Assembly: GCA_034226945.1 (NCBI GenBank)
Contig: CP120459.1
Location: 1,054,001-1,112,639 of the forward strand
Direction: 5' to 3'
DNA: 58,639 nucleotides
Source of the DNA: Picochlorum sp. SENEW3
Lineage: Eukaryota
Shown here: piece by piece, positions 25,820 to 35,983 of the stretch
Layout of the letters: each line of letters opens with the position of its first letter
Position numbering within the stretch: position 1 is the first letter of the stretch
Made by a program: the position numbers and the translations under genes
The notes under the pieces: generated by a model
Told to the model about the DNA's origin: nothing
Database searches by the model: none
What the model saw: the letters and a program-made list of their open reading frames with translations, nothing else

Positions 25820-26664
25820 ATGGACGAAAAAGAGCAAACAAGACTCGCGAGGTAGGTGTGGTTTGCATGGTAGTCAAACAACTGGAATTTTTCAATGGTT
25901 TCATGGGTATTCTGCCACGCAGTCGGACGTCTTTCTTCTCAGGTGGGCCGCTGTGCACAAGGCAAGACTGCATCGGTGCAGGTCACTGGTTGGACAAGTG
26001 GTACAACTCCGGTGCCTTCGGCACCACGCCTTCTCCTGGCTCTACCATCAAGCGTCAACGGAAGAAGAGCATCATTCCTGAGTCGTACCGCGCGCATCTT
26101 GAGGGTGGTGCATCACGTGATGATGTGAGGGTGGAGAAGAATACAGGTAATAATTTGGGGCATAAAAGTAGACGTCCCGGTTTACAGAAAGAAAACAGGC
26201 GGCCAATCTGCAGGAAAGAACGGCCACCCAAGCGTTCTGTCGGAGCAAAAGAGGGCTCGCACGAGACAGTCTCGAGGAAAGTCAAGCCCAGGATGAGGGG
26301 CACCTTTTATGGCAAAGCTCAACCACCATCATTCTTGCAGCCCGTTCCACAGTTGCAATCATACAGCGACCAAAGCGACTGTGAGTCTTTGATTGACGAT
26401 GCGGATGCGGATCCTGAGGACACGGGGTGGGTTGGAGAGCTCATGGAGACACTTGGGCCCTATTCTACAAAGGACTTTTCTCAAATCGATAAACAGAGAG
26501 ACCGCCGAATGGAGACTTCTTTCCATCGGATAATGGAAGAGGAACGTCGCACGGCGAAGATTGGAAAAGAAATAGACCGAATAGAAGCAGAGAAGTACAG
26601 AGCGGAAGAAAAGACCAGACGGAGGAGACAGACTGCCGGTGCATTCATCTTTGATGATTTTTAA
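25820..26664 (+). CDS. SPT2-like chromatin protein (5' exon structure uncertain)
   Basis: C-terminal METSFHRIMEEERRTAKIGKEIDRIE resembles the SPT2 domain, preceded by an acidic DDAD stretch and a basic region. Confidence 0.55.
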
Positions 26665-26692
26665 ACGTCATTCTTTACATTTAATTGATTTA

Positions 26693-27162
26693 TCACCACT
26701 TTCCCCACCACGTACCATTCTCCCTTGCCTCGTTCCACTTCTCCAGCCACTCCGCTGGGCATATTGCTCTATAATCCCGTGCCAGTCGCTTGCATACATC
26801 GTCATCCTCTCCCCGATCAGCCCAGCATTTATGCGCCTCGTTATACTTGACAAAGCAGTGTCTTGCCTGGTTAGTTGCTGGAAATCTTGGGTCGATTCGG
26901 GCAGTGTCGACGGTAATCTGCTTCTTCTCCTCGACCTCGGGCTGGATGTCCTCGGATACAGGTTCAGGAGTCTCGACTGTGTCCTCTGGATCTGCCACCT
27001 GTACTGGAGCCTGCGCACAATATCGTACTCCATGTTACAATAATATCCTCAATTAATGAAACCCCATCCTTGGGAGCTCGACGAACACGAGCTTGAGAAG
27101 GGCACTCGTGACAAGACGACTCGTACCACTGCTTCTTCACACACAGAGATTGTGTTCCCCAT
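26693..27162 (-). CDS. COX6B: Cytochrome c oxidase subunit 6B; predicted intron 27126-27011
   Basis: DPRFPATNQARHC...C...C...CPAEWLEKWNEARENGTW. Inferred exon 1 MGNTISVCEEAV joins in phase 0. Confidence 0.9.
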
Positions 27163-27685
27163 TTTATTATCGCACACGACAGTACAAATATTGATGTGTG
27201 GGACGAGAGGCAGTTGGGACGCACCAAATCTGGTATTAAGGATCTCCAATGACCTGTCTGATGGGAAGGAATCTGTCATGCTGAAGACACCGGTCGGGAA
27301 ATCCTTTGGATGGGCAACGCCATTCGCGCGATGGCGAGATATCTTCGCACGCCAGAAAAAAAAAGTACCATCATGATGGTAGTCCTTCAATCGATACGAG
27401 TACCACATGCTCTCTCCTTCACTCAAGAAATGAATTGCAAGTATTCTGTATAGTGAAGTTCTTCTCATTATACGACATATTTGAGGTAAACCTGACAGAA
27501 GTTGTCGAGAGTTTTCGGCATTCGTTCTTCTCACGAGAGAGGAACACGTTGGACAAGGTTTTACGAGCTCGCACCTCATTTTTGGGTAGACGTGCGAGCT
27601 TATATTCTTAAGATTGGTGAAAATAGCGATTTTTAGTGGTCGCACGGCGTCGGAGACAAGCTTCCAGCAGCGTTAGGTCGCCGTT

Positions 27686-29092
27686 ATGGAAGAACGTGGT
27701 ACTTCGTCGTCAGGCGTGGGGTGTGGCGTGGGAGAGGTTCACGATAGAGCTGGGGAGATACGGGGAATGATTCACGATGAAACCACAATGGGAATGCTAG
27801 CCCTTTCAATAGCAGAGACGTTCGGAAAGGAGAGGATCAGTCGCGAGCTGGCCACAAGTATGAGGACACTACTTCCCAAGGCAGAGTTTGTGAGAGTCTC
27901 CCTTCGATCCGGGACGGGATTGTTCGTAACAGATAATTTATTGAAGGATGGATATTGTATGGTAAATTTGGTGTCCCTCAAGCACAGTCTGAGTGCCCAG
28001 AGCATGCGATTGGGGAGCATGCTCCAGATCAAGGTTCCAGATTACACATATGGGGCAGCACATGGGCAAGAAGAAGTAGAATCCCACAAGTTAGGAATCA
28101 TTGGAGTGGCGCCAGTGATGCTGAAATCCCTGGATATGGATGATGCGCTTGAGCCTCTGGCAGTAGGATCTCTCATTGTAGGTTTGTGCAGTTCAGAATT
28201 TGATTCCCAGACCGTGGAGAGTATCCACGCCTTGTCCCAGGCACTCGGTGAATCTCTGTTGACGGTGGGGCTGGAGCATGTTTCTCACTTGGCTCATTTA
28301 CTTTTGTTGCGTGACCAAGATTCCGAGTTTCTGGGAGGGGAAGAGCCTCTTCAAGATTTGCCTTGGGATGTGCCAAGGCCATTTGGAACGCAGGAACGTG
28401 TGGACAGTCTTGAGATGGAGCTGGACACCCCGTTTCGCAGGACTGGGTCGGACTCAGAGGATGAAAGTGACGGGTCAGATGACGACTTTCTGATGATGTA
28501 TTTGCGCGATGCGGGGCTTGCGGGTAGCAGCATTGGGCCAGACACAGACTTGGAGGAAGATGACTCGCCAGAGGACAACCAAGCAGAGCAACGCCCAGTG
28601 AAAGAAGTGTCGCCTGCAGTGTGCGATGCAGAGGAACCATCGTCATCGGCCCATGCCATAGACAAGAGTGTCGAAAAGGCGAAATTCTTTCGTCAATCGC
28701 TGCCAGATGCTGGAGTCGTGAGAACATTTGTCATCTCCCTGATGTGCATCATGGTACACATGGGGTACGCGCTTGTGTCTGGGAGAGAGACAATATCCTT
28801 ATTCTCAACCTTGTCCTTCCTGGCGGCGTGTTTATCCTTAGCTTCCTCGGGAGGATTGACCAGCGTGGACTCTACTGTGGTTATTTTTGCCGTCCTCAAT
28901 ACTTTGCCTTCGGTGATGAACTTCGTGGCAGGTGAGGACGACTATTCGATTGTCAAGAGAGATTTGCTGCGCAGCATATTATTCTTTGAAACCACTCTGA
29001 TGCTGTGCCTTGAACGGAAATCATATGCCTTTCCAGCTCATATGATTGGGGCTTGTGTTGCACTTGCTGTTGCCTCGGCGGTTGCGTCTTGA
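27686..29092 (+). CDS. Hypothetical membrane protein: possible GAF-like N-terminus, acidic linker, several C-terminal TM helices
   Basis: 468-aa intronless ORF with an Asp/Glu-rich middle and hydrophobic C-terminal third. The GAF-like call is pattern-level only. Confidence 0.5.
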   Translation: MEERGTSSSGVGCGVGEVHDRAGEIRGMIHDETTMGMLALSIAETFGKERISRELATSMRTLLPKAEFVRVSLRSGTGLFVTDNLLKDGYCMVNLVSLKHSLSAQSMRLGSMLQIKVPDYTYGAAHGQEEVESHKLGIIGVAPVMLKSLDMDDALEPLAVGSLIVGLCSSEFDSQTVESIHALSQALGESLLTVGLEHVSHLAHLLLLRDQDSEFLGGEEPLQDLPWDVPRPFGTQERVDSLEMELDTPFRRTGSDSEDESDGSDDDFLMMYLRDAGLAGSSIGPDTDLEEDDSPEDNQAEQRPVKEVSPAVCDAEEPSSSAHAIDKSVEKAKFFRQSLPDAGVVRTFVISLMCIMVHMGYALVSGRETISLFSTLSFLAACLSLASSGGLTSVDSTVVIFAVLNTLPSVMNFVAGEDDYSIVKRDLLRSILFFETTLMLCLERKSYAFPAHMIGACVALAVASAVAS

Positions 29093-29351
29093 TATTTCAG
29101 TTGTTATTGTTTCATTTTGTAATACATCCACATTACCCTATCGTTCTGTAGCAAAGAGGTACACCACCTACTTTTCGCTCTGAACAGGACCTTGGTCTCA
29201 TGAGAAGAAGTTTCCCTCTGGGAAAGCTGCTGCTGACAACGTAAAACTCGGAAGCGCCGTGAGGCCATTAACAATATTGAAACAATAACTTGTTGATATT
29301 TTATTTGTGTGGATTATAATTTGCTGAAGCACGCGCAGCTCGAGTGGAATC

Positions 29352-30216
29352 ATGGCTGAAGAAAAGCAGAACGTGATCGCCGGCGAGAGGGGTGAAAAGG
29401 AAGCAGAGCAAGCTAAAGTAGAAGAAAAGGTCCGTCATATTTCATGTGGTAACGTGGTATGGTAGCAAGACTCAGCGATCCCTTCTATGCAGACTACGCC
29501 AATCTTTGGCTCGGCCTCCACTTTTGGGACTGGCAGCGGGTTTGGTGGGTTCACAGGGGTGTCCGCGGCAGCAAAGTCAGAAGATAAGAACGAGGAAGCA
29601 GAGGAGGAGGCACCGGAGGAGGAGTGTGCTGCTGAGTTTCAACCAGTTGTGCAGCTCGAGGAAGTGGAGGTGGCAACCGGTGAGGAGGACGAAGACTGTT
29701 TGGTCGACATGTATGTGCATGTTCTCAACCTCTTGTGCAAGATGCTGGTATTTGTAACTGACGGTGATTATATTTTATGGCTGCAGAAAGTGCAAGCTGT
29801 ATCGTTTTGTGAGTGATAGCAATGAGTGGAAGGAGAGGGGCATTGGACAGGCAAAGATTCTGCAGCACAAAGAAAACAAGCGATCTCGCTTTTTGATGCG
29901 ACAGGAGAAGACATTGAAGATCCGAGGAAATCACGTTGTTATGCCAGGGACGAAAGTCCAGTCTCACGTGGGCAACGAGAAGGCCGTGGTGTTCAACTGT
30001 GTCGATTTTGCAGACGAGGAGCAGAAGCCAGAAGTGTTCTGTATCCGCTTTGCAAGCGCAGAGAGGGCGAAAGAGTTCAAGGATGCATATGAGACAGCGG
30101 GAGAGAATAACAAACCTTTGCTGGCTCCAGCGTCCGAGGAAGAGGAGAAGAAGGACAGCGATGCTGACAAGGTTGCTGATGATTTGGCCAAAGCTGACGT
30201 TGGCGACGACAAATAA
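29352..30216 (+). CDS. RANBP1: Ran-binding protein 1 (2 introns, ~29430-29492 and ~29711-29786)
   Basis: FQPVVQLEEVEVATGEEDE, KLYRF...EWKERGIG, LMRQEKTLKIRGNH, FCIRFASAERAKEFK. Confidence 0.93.
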
Positions 30217-30335
30217 GAATGTATGTAACTATAAATTTCAATCCATTAACAACTATCATTCTATTTTTCTTGTCGATTCTCCTTGATGGCGATCTTGTCG
30301 GCTGCCCTGGCAACATGCATGAAGTTCGCGATGGA

Positions 30336-30480
30336 GGCCACCAAGCATCACGGTACAGTAAAATTTTTTAATTTCGTTTGTCGGACGGAATGTTCCAAAC
30401 TTGGAAGTTCCATCGTTCTCTCTGCTGTATCTTGAAGCATAGCGTCTGCAAAAAGCAGCCGACTTACATGCCGAATTCAT
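30336..30480 (-). ncRNA. Putative Fanzor omegaRNA: scaffold from about the stop codon through the TIR, guide from flanking host DNA
   Basis: Expected position between stop codon and element end. Minus-strand pairings GTCGG...CCGAC, CTGC-TTTTT-GCAG and GGAA-C-TTCCAA-GT-TTGGAA-CA-TTCC. Boundaries inferred. Confidence 0.65.
30356..30379 (+). repeat. TIR at the 3' end of the element (Fanzor orientation): CAGTAAAATTTTTTAATTTCGTTT
   Basis: Matches the reverse complement of 32898-32921 with 3 mismatches. Confidence 0.9.
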
Positions 30481-32789
30481 TGCCGTGTTGATGTCCTTTG
30501 CCTTTTCCTCGTCCTCTTGAAAGCCTTGATTCGAGATCCATTGTAACACTTTTCCAAAAACAAGTCTTTGATATTGATACTGGCATTGACATCACGGTCC
30601 CAAACATTTCGAATGCATTCATTGTTGTGACAACGTTTCATCCTGAATTGTTTGTTGTACTGTTCCATTGCCTCATGACAGCAAGAACAGAGTTTGGACG
30701 TATTGAACTCATTAACCAACACAACTGTGGCACATTCCGATACCTTGTTGAACAGTTTTGTGCTCATGATAGGAGCAGTGCCCCTCATTGTGCCGTTATT
30801 ATCACCATCACCATACGCCACGATGACTCTCTTCTGTGCCTCTTTGTTTCTTGTTCCACAGATTCGAGCGACCACATCCTCCATGGCCGACTTTTCCTTG
30901 CAAAATTTCCTCATCTTCTGTTTCTGATACCATTTTTTGTCATCGAAGAAGGCTTGTTGCAGTTGGGGCCACATAGAAACTTGGAATCTGTAACTCTCAA
31001 AAATTTTCTCAAGATCTACTGTCTTGCATGTTGGCACAGACACCCATGCAGGACAGTATTCAGACATCCTTTTCTTCATTTTGGCTGTATACTGTTTCTG
31101 ACTAGATAAGAAGATCCATTCTCCTGACCCCAGAGAATCACTTTTATATCTGTCTTCCACCTCTGTATGACGACCATTTTCTGCATTCCACTTTGCATGG
31201 ATCTTTTGCTTTTCCGAATCATGAAAAACCCACGTGGCCGCTGACTTTTTACCTGGGTCCAAACCGACAATGATACAATCTGTGTGATATATACCACGGT
31301 CATCTTTGCGTATGCCAGCCAACCTTTTGATCCTTTCTGTGATGACTGTCTTGTCTTTGTTTTTAGCCTTTCGTTTCTGTAGAACGTCCTTTTGTGACTT
31401 TAATGTATGCAACAATGGCTTCAGTAGAACATAATGTATGGTGGAAATGTCACCAAGGAGAATACGCAAAGGGTCATATCTGATCTTTTTTGCAATAATG
31501 TTGGTTGCAAACATCCCACAGTAGGTGGCCCACAACTTTGCTTTGACGTAATTCATATCATCCTGCAGATGGATTATCTTGCATTCCAGATCCGACTTCA
31601 CAGTGTCTATAACAGCAGAAACAGAGACGCCATCAGTGCATATAGAGCATCCGAATCTGAGTTTCTTTTGGTCCTTCATGTGCTTTTTTTTCAATACTCG
31701 CTTCATGTTGAATATCGATTTCCAATAATAATACTTATTTGTATAGTCATCCAGTGCTGGACAGTCATCTACTATCTTTCTGATATATGGATATTTCTTT
31801 GCGAGTTGCTCAACCATAGTCTTCACTGCTGTGCTGGAGATATGGATATGCTTTGGTTTCCAGGCCATCTGTGGACACAGACAAAATGTCCATTTCTGTC
31901 TTCCAAGTATACTCTTCTTCCCTTCAAACTCTCCGTTTCTGAACCTCTGTTGCAGTGATTCCACGAATGGCTCCAAGTGACCCAAAATGAAGAAGCAAAT
32001 TCTGGATTTCTCAGAAAGAGTTGTCGTCTTTGGCACCAACGAGCAAATGATATCCAAGGCTCTCTGTGCTTCATCCCATACTGACACATCAGACGCAAAT
32101 TCTGTCAATGATGGTCTACGTTCAACAATATCACTGACTTTCGTCCTCTCCCAGAATGCCTGTGTGATTGCAGAAAATACTTGTCCAAACTTCTTCTTTG
32201 ACAAATTTTTGATTTGGTCAAAGTCCGTGTCGTCTCGAAACAACAAATATCTCAGATATCGTAATGTATACACATTGAGGTTTGTTTCCAAATGCGTGGT
32301 GTGCATAACAGACGACTGCTGGGCCATCTGCTCAATTGTTCTGTCCCTCCAACCAGAGACACAACCCTGAGGCCAATCTCTCTCCAACGCAACCTCATCA
32401 CAATATTCCTTGCACAAGTCGCGCAAGTTGGTATCAACATCCTTTCTCTCCTTCTTTTGTTGCAAATGATTAGCAAGGTGTCTGTAGATTTTGTTGTAGA
32501 GTTCGTAGAGAGATTCATCTTTATCGTCCCTAAATGCCCCAACGTTCCTCAATAACAATAGATGCATGACATGATGCGCATGAATCTGTAGTCTACTCAG
32601 ATAGAATACACATTCTTCAATTTCGCGTTGAACCACTTTGAACTTACAAAAAGGCTGCAAAGTGCACTTGACGACTGTCTTATTGAAAAAACGGTCTTTA
32701 TCCTTCTTTATAGCCACATCCAATCGAGTAAACTTCTTTTTCTTCACCTTTTTCGATGGTGTGGCGGACACCTTTCTCTTTTTTTTCAT
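30477..32789 (-). CDS. Fanzor (Fanzor1-like) RNA-guided RuvC endonuclease, ~770 aa (alternative ATG at 32828)
   Basis: ICTDGVSVS; RuvC-I IIVGLDPG (D 31257-31259); VIVAYGDG with Gly at the canonical Glu position; VLVNEFNTSKLCSCC (E 30708-30710); zinc finger CSCC...CHNNEC; RuvC-III WDRDVNASINI (D 30591-30593); NLS-like KKKRKV and KRTRKRQR. Confidence 0.93.
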   Translation of the reverse strand: MKKKRKVSATPSKKVKKKKFTRLDVAIKKDKDRFFNKTVVKCTLQPFCKFKVVQREIEECVFYLSRLQIHAHHVMHLLLLRNVGAFRDDKDESLYELYNKIYRHLANHLQQKKERKDVDTNLRDLCKEYCDEVALERDWPQGCVSGWRDRTIEQMAQQSSVMHTTHLETNLNVYTLRYLRYLLFRDDTDFDQIKNLSKKKFGQVFSAITQAFWERTKVSDIVERRPSLTEFASDVSVWDEAQRALDIICSLVPKTTTLSEKSRICFFILGHLEPFVESLQQRFRNGEFEGKKSILGRQKWTFCLCPQMAWKPKHIHISSTAVKTMVEQLAKKYPYIRKIVDDCPALDDYTNKYYYWKSIFNMKRVLKKKHMKDQKKLRFGCSICTDGVSVSAVIDTVKSDLECKIIHLQDDMNYVKAKLWATYCGMFATNIIAKKIRYDPLRILLGDISTIHYVLLKPLLHTLKSQKDVLQKRKAKNKDKTVITERIKRLAGIRKDDRGIYHTDCIIVGLDPGKKSAATWVFHDSEKQKIHAKWNAENGRHTEVEDRYKSDSLGSGEWIFLSSQKQYTAKMKKRMSEYCPAWVSVPTCKTVDLEKIFESYRFQVSMWPQLQQAFFDDKKWYQKQKMRKFCKEKSAMEDVVARICGTRNKEAQKRVIVAYGDGDNNGTMRGTAPIMSTKLFNKVSECATVVLVNEFNTSKLCSCCHEAMEQYNKQFRMKRCHNNECIRNVWDRDVNASINIKDLFLEKCYNGSRIKAFKRTRKRQRTSTRQ

Positions 32790-32897
32790 TTTGAAATGAC
32801 ACGGTTGGCGATGGCGGCTCGACTTCATACCAATCCAAGGTTCTAGAAGATTCGGATTGACCAGAGTCAAATGGACTAGATGTTACATTCCTTAATT

Positions 32898-32921
32898 AAA
32901 CGAAATTTAAAATTTTTACGG
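32898..32921 (-). repeat. TIR at the 5' end of the element: CCGTAAAAATTTTAAATTTCGTTT (minus strand)
   Basis: Inverted partner of 30356-30379; preceded on the minus strand by CATA. Confidence 0.9.
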
Positions 32922-33610
32922 TATGGTGATCATGCAAGGATTTGATTCTTCGTCCGTGTAGCTCGCGCGCGTCATTAGAATATTTCTCGACCGTTGATAC
33001 CATTTCTTCAGATACTTGCCAGGATTTGGCGGCGTCTTCAGTGATAGCAACACGGCTCATGAGGCTTGCAAGATGGTCGGCGTGCACCTTGGAAAAGTTT
33101 CGCACAAGGTCAGCATGTGCCTTTTCTGCCGACCCGAGCTCCTCATCTCCATGCTTGGATGTGTGTTCGATGACAGAAATATTCTGATGATGTGTCCTGT
33201 CATTATGTAGCTCCTGTAAGTGTTGGTATGCTTGCAAGATCTTGGTCAGAGACTGTTCAGTGGCATGCAACCTGTCCAATGTCTCTCTCCAAAACTGGGA
33301 AATCCTGCTCTACAAGTCAAGCCATCTCCTTGTAAATTCACAAATTCTCTTCAAGACGCTGTCCATATATTCGAGGAAAGGAAAACGCACCAATTCAAGC
33401 TTTGTGTAACAGCCATCCTCCGTGGCAGTCTCTGTCATGGCTGGTTCCCAAAGATGATTCAGATAACAGGCTTATAGTAATGAGGGGTAATTGATGTGGT
33501 TGATAGTACTACTATTGTTGTGTTATTATTTTACACTCGTATACATGATAATCATGGTCCATCTATGACGAGTTCTGACCGCCTGGTCAACAAGGGTCTC
33601 CGAAACATGT

Positions 33611-35071
33611 CTAAAGAGTCACTTTGTGGATCTGGCTCTCTTTTTGAATCTGTTGGCATGTCTTCTCAACCAGATGCAACACGCTCCCGATCTTATTATG
33701 CCACGTATTCAGTACATCGCTCTTTGAGACGGCGCTCCCGAATGTCACGGTGCCCGAGGTGCGATCAATCTTCACGGCCAACCCCCGTTCGGACACCATG
33801 TCACACAGGTTTTCCTCTGCCTCATTTGGCGACAGCTCCAAAATTTCGGCGAGTCTCTGAATGCTAATTTTTGAATAGAATTTGCTGATTGTGTAAATGT
33901 TGTGTTCCACCACACGCAGTCTCCATGCTTTCCGTCGCTCATCCCCTCCTGTGCCGAAAATGTCCTTTTGATTCTCAATCTCCTCCCCAAATTCCTGAGA
34001 CAGCAGATTCCACCAGAGGATTTCATCTTTAGAAAATTGATTGAGCAGCGATTGATACAAAGGCAGAGAATCCAGCCTTCCATCTTCCTTGGTCGTGTTC
34101 AGCAGAGTGATCTGATCCGAATCCCTGGGAGCCAGGACAGCATACCATGCAGCATGCTTCAAGGCCGACTCCCAGGCGGCAGGGTTCTCTGACACAGACG
34201 GGGTGTCCAAGATTGCCCTGTAGGACCTGCACACCTCGAGATAATTCTTCTCGTATGTGTAGTACTTGATCATCAAGGTGTAGTATTGAATCTTGAGCTC
34301 TTCCAGGGTCGGAGTCCCTTTGGCTGGAGGCTCAATGGACGTGCCTTCAATACCAATCTCCCCTGAGGATTCTCCCTTCTTGGACACAGCACGCACCACA
34401 AAAGCCCTCGGCGATACTTTACGTGACAGTATCTGAGCTCGTATGTAATCTTCTTTCTCCAAACACAGCCGAACCTGCTCCAATATGTACGCAATCTTTT
34501 CCACCTTGGACATGGATCCATATGTCTCCACTGCAACCTCTTGCAAGATGTTGGCCGCCTCGTTCACATCACCATCCTCCTCCTTCATCTTCGCAAGATG
34601 CCGTGTTATTCTAGCTCTCTCTATTTCTACATAGATCTTGCCCTCTGTAATGCTTTGCAAGGTTTTTATCACGTCTTCCTTTGTCTTGCGGTCGAGACCC
34701 TCTGATGCTCCCTCCTCGTCGACATACTCCATTGATTGCCTCACCATGGCCTTGACCACTTCTTTTAATTGCCCCCTTCGCTTAGAGAGCAGCACCAGCT
34801 TTTCTTGCAGTCCCTTGTAATCTCTGCTCTCGTGCAGCAGCCTGAGCACAGAGCAGCAGGCAAGCTTTGTGCTCGTCGGGTCCTCCGCCAAACGCCCTTT
34901 CTTCTCGATCGACAACAAGCCGTCGACAGCTTCGGTCATATTTCCGCTTTTTCCAACTTCCACGAACCTAGCCACATCCCTCTCGACTTCCTCTTGGTTT
35001 ATGGTAACGCCTTTTCCCCTCTGCTGCTCCTCCAGTTTGTCCATCTCGCGACCCAAATCTTCGGCGTCCAT
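33611..35071 (-). CDS. RPN5: 26S proteasome regulatory subunit RPN5/PSMD12
   Basis: LSKRRGQLK, ITEGKIYVEIERAR, VETYGSM, LEQVRLCL, RVVEHNI and a PCI domain ending KIDR. Confidence 0.96.
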   Translation of the reverse strand: MDAEDLGREMDKLEEQQRGKGVTINQEEVERDVARFVEVGKSGNMTEAVDGLLSIEKKGRLAEDPTSTKLACCSVLRLLHESRDYKGLQEKLVLLSKRRGQLKEVVKAMVRQSMEYVDEEGASEGLDRKTKEDVIKTLQSITEGKIYVEIERARITRHLAKMKEEDGDVNEAANILQEVAVETYGSMSKVEKIAYILEQVRLCLEKEDYIRAQILSRKVSPRAFVVRAVSKKGESSGEIGIEGTSIEPPAKGTPTLEELKIQYYTLMIKYYTYEKNYLEVCRSYRAILDTPSVSENPAAWESALKHAAWYAVLAPRDSDQITLLNTTKEDGRLDSLPLYQSLLNQFSKDEILWWNLLSQEFGEEIENQKDIFGTGGDERRKAWRLRVVEHNIYTISKFYSKISIQRLAEILELSPNEAEENLCDMVSERGLAVKIDRTSGTVTFGSAVSKSDVLNTWHNKIGSVLHLVEKTCQQIQKESQIHKVTL

Positions 35072-35537
35072 GGCTGTCCTAACACCAATTTTCTACAACC
35101 TATATGAGGCCCGCCCCAGGTAATATTCGTGATTCCCCCCGGCGAGGTGGCAATCAATCACAGAGTCAAAATGGCCGTTCGATCACCAGACGTGAGCACC
35201 CAGGCAGGTTGTGTTACTGCAGCGACTATCTCTATATGAAAAAATATTCGCGTTCAGTCCTGGTACAGCAGTGTCTGCGATGTTCATGTTGTGAGACGGG
35301 GGACTGGCTCTCGACAAAGAACAGACCTCTTCGGGAATCGTTCCGCACCATCACACCAATTGGTCGATGGGCACGGACATCCATGGAGGCCTGGCGAGGT
35401 TCGCGAGATTGCCTTGATGGAACTACAGCTTTCCACGTTTGCACCATGCATAGCCACCCTCCCTGGTAGAGATAGGATTGCTCTCCCGAGGGGATACGTA
35501 TTTTTTGAATTGGAGTACAGCTCTGCCAGTGAAAACC

Positions 35538-35983
35538 ATGGACGAGGAAGAGGCCGTGAACCCGAAGCCAGAGATTGAAGAGTCTTGCAAGCCCAAGTGT
35601 ATCAAGGCATGGCTCGAGTATGAGGTACGAAATTTTTCATCGATGTTTGGTTATTGAAGATGCGATGATGATGCGAATCCCGGTCGCAAGCGGTGCAACC
35701 ATGGTTGGAGGATGAGGCCCGGGAGGTGGCCATGATCCATGTTTATTTTCCACCATTCATGTGTGTTTTTGCAATTATTTTATATGCAGGCTTGTCAAAA
35801 GAGGGTGGGTGAGGATACCACGGGAGAGGCGCACTGCACAGGACAGGTATGCTGGGACATTCTTGCTTCTTCTTTTTCTCGCTGGATGGGACTAATAATC
35901 GTCGATATCCTTTGCAGTACTTTGATTATTGGCATTGTGTTGACAAGTGTGCTGCCAAGAAATTGTTTGCTGTGCTGAAATAA
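35538..35983 (+). CDS. QCR6: Cytochrome bc1 hinge subunit; introns 35625-35789 and 35847-35917
   Basis: Spliced: MDEEEAVNPKPEIEESCKPKCIKAWLEYE|ACQKRVGEDTTGEAHCTGQ|YFDYWHCVDKCAAKKLFAVLK*, followed by TGTAA. Confidence 0.93.

Larger units (their letters stand above)
30356..32921 (-). mobile_element. Non-autonomous TIR DNA transposon (Tc1/mariner/pogo-type ends, TA TSD) carrying Fanzor only
   Basis: 24-bp imperfect TIRs (21/24 identical), TA at 30354-30355 and 32922-32923, in-frame restoration of the host ORF, no transposase inside. Confidence 0.9.
30256..33438 (-). pseudogene. Host hypothetical gene (~177 aa) split by the Fanzor transposon: 5' part 33438-32922 (intron 33390-33310), 3' part 30353-30256
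   Basis: Removing 30356-32921 plus one TA joins ...SLHDHH|TVMLGGLHRELHACCQGSRQDRHQGESTRKIE* in frame (ORF 32896..33279 plus the tail of ORF 30256..30549). Confidence 0.75.

Noticed and set aside
27049..27645. 198-aa minus ORF and 106-aa plus ORF as genes
   Set aside because: They overlap inferred COX6B exon 1, its intron and the divergent promoter, and show no recognisable motifs.
30347..32930. Longer TIR including the flanking ATCAC/GTGAT
   Set aside because: The TA duplication and exact in-frame restoration of the host ORF put the ends at 30356 and 32921; the extra symmetry belongs to the target site.
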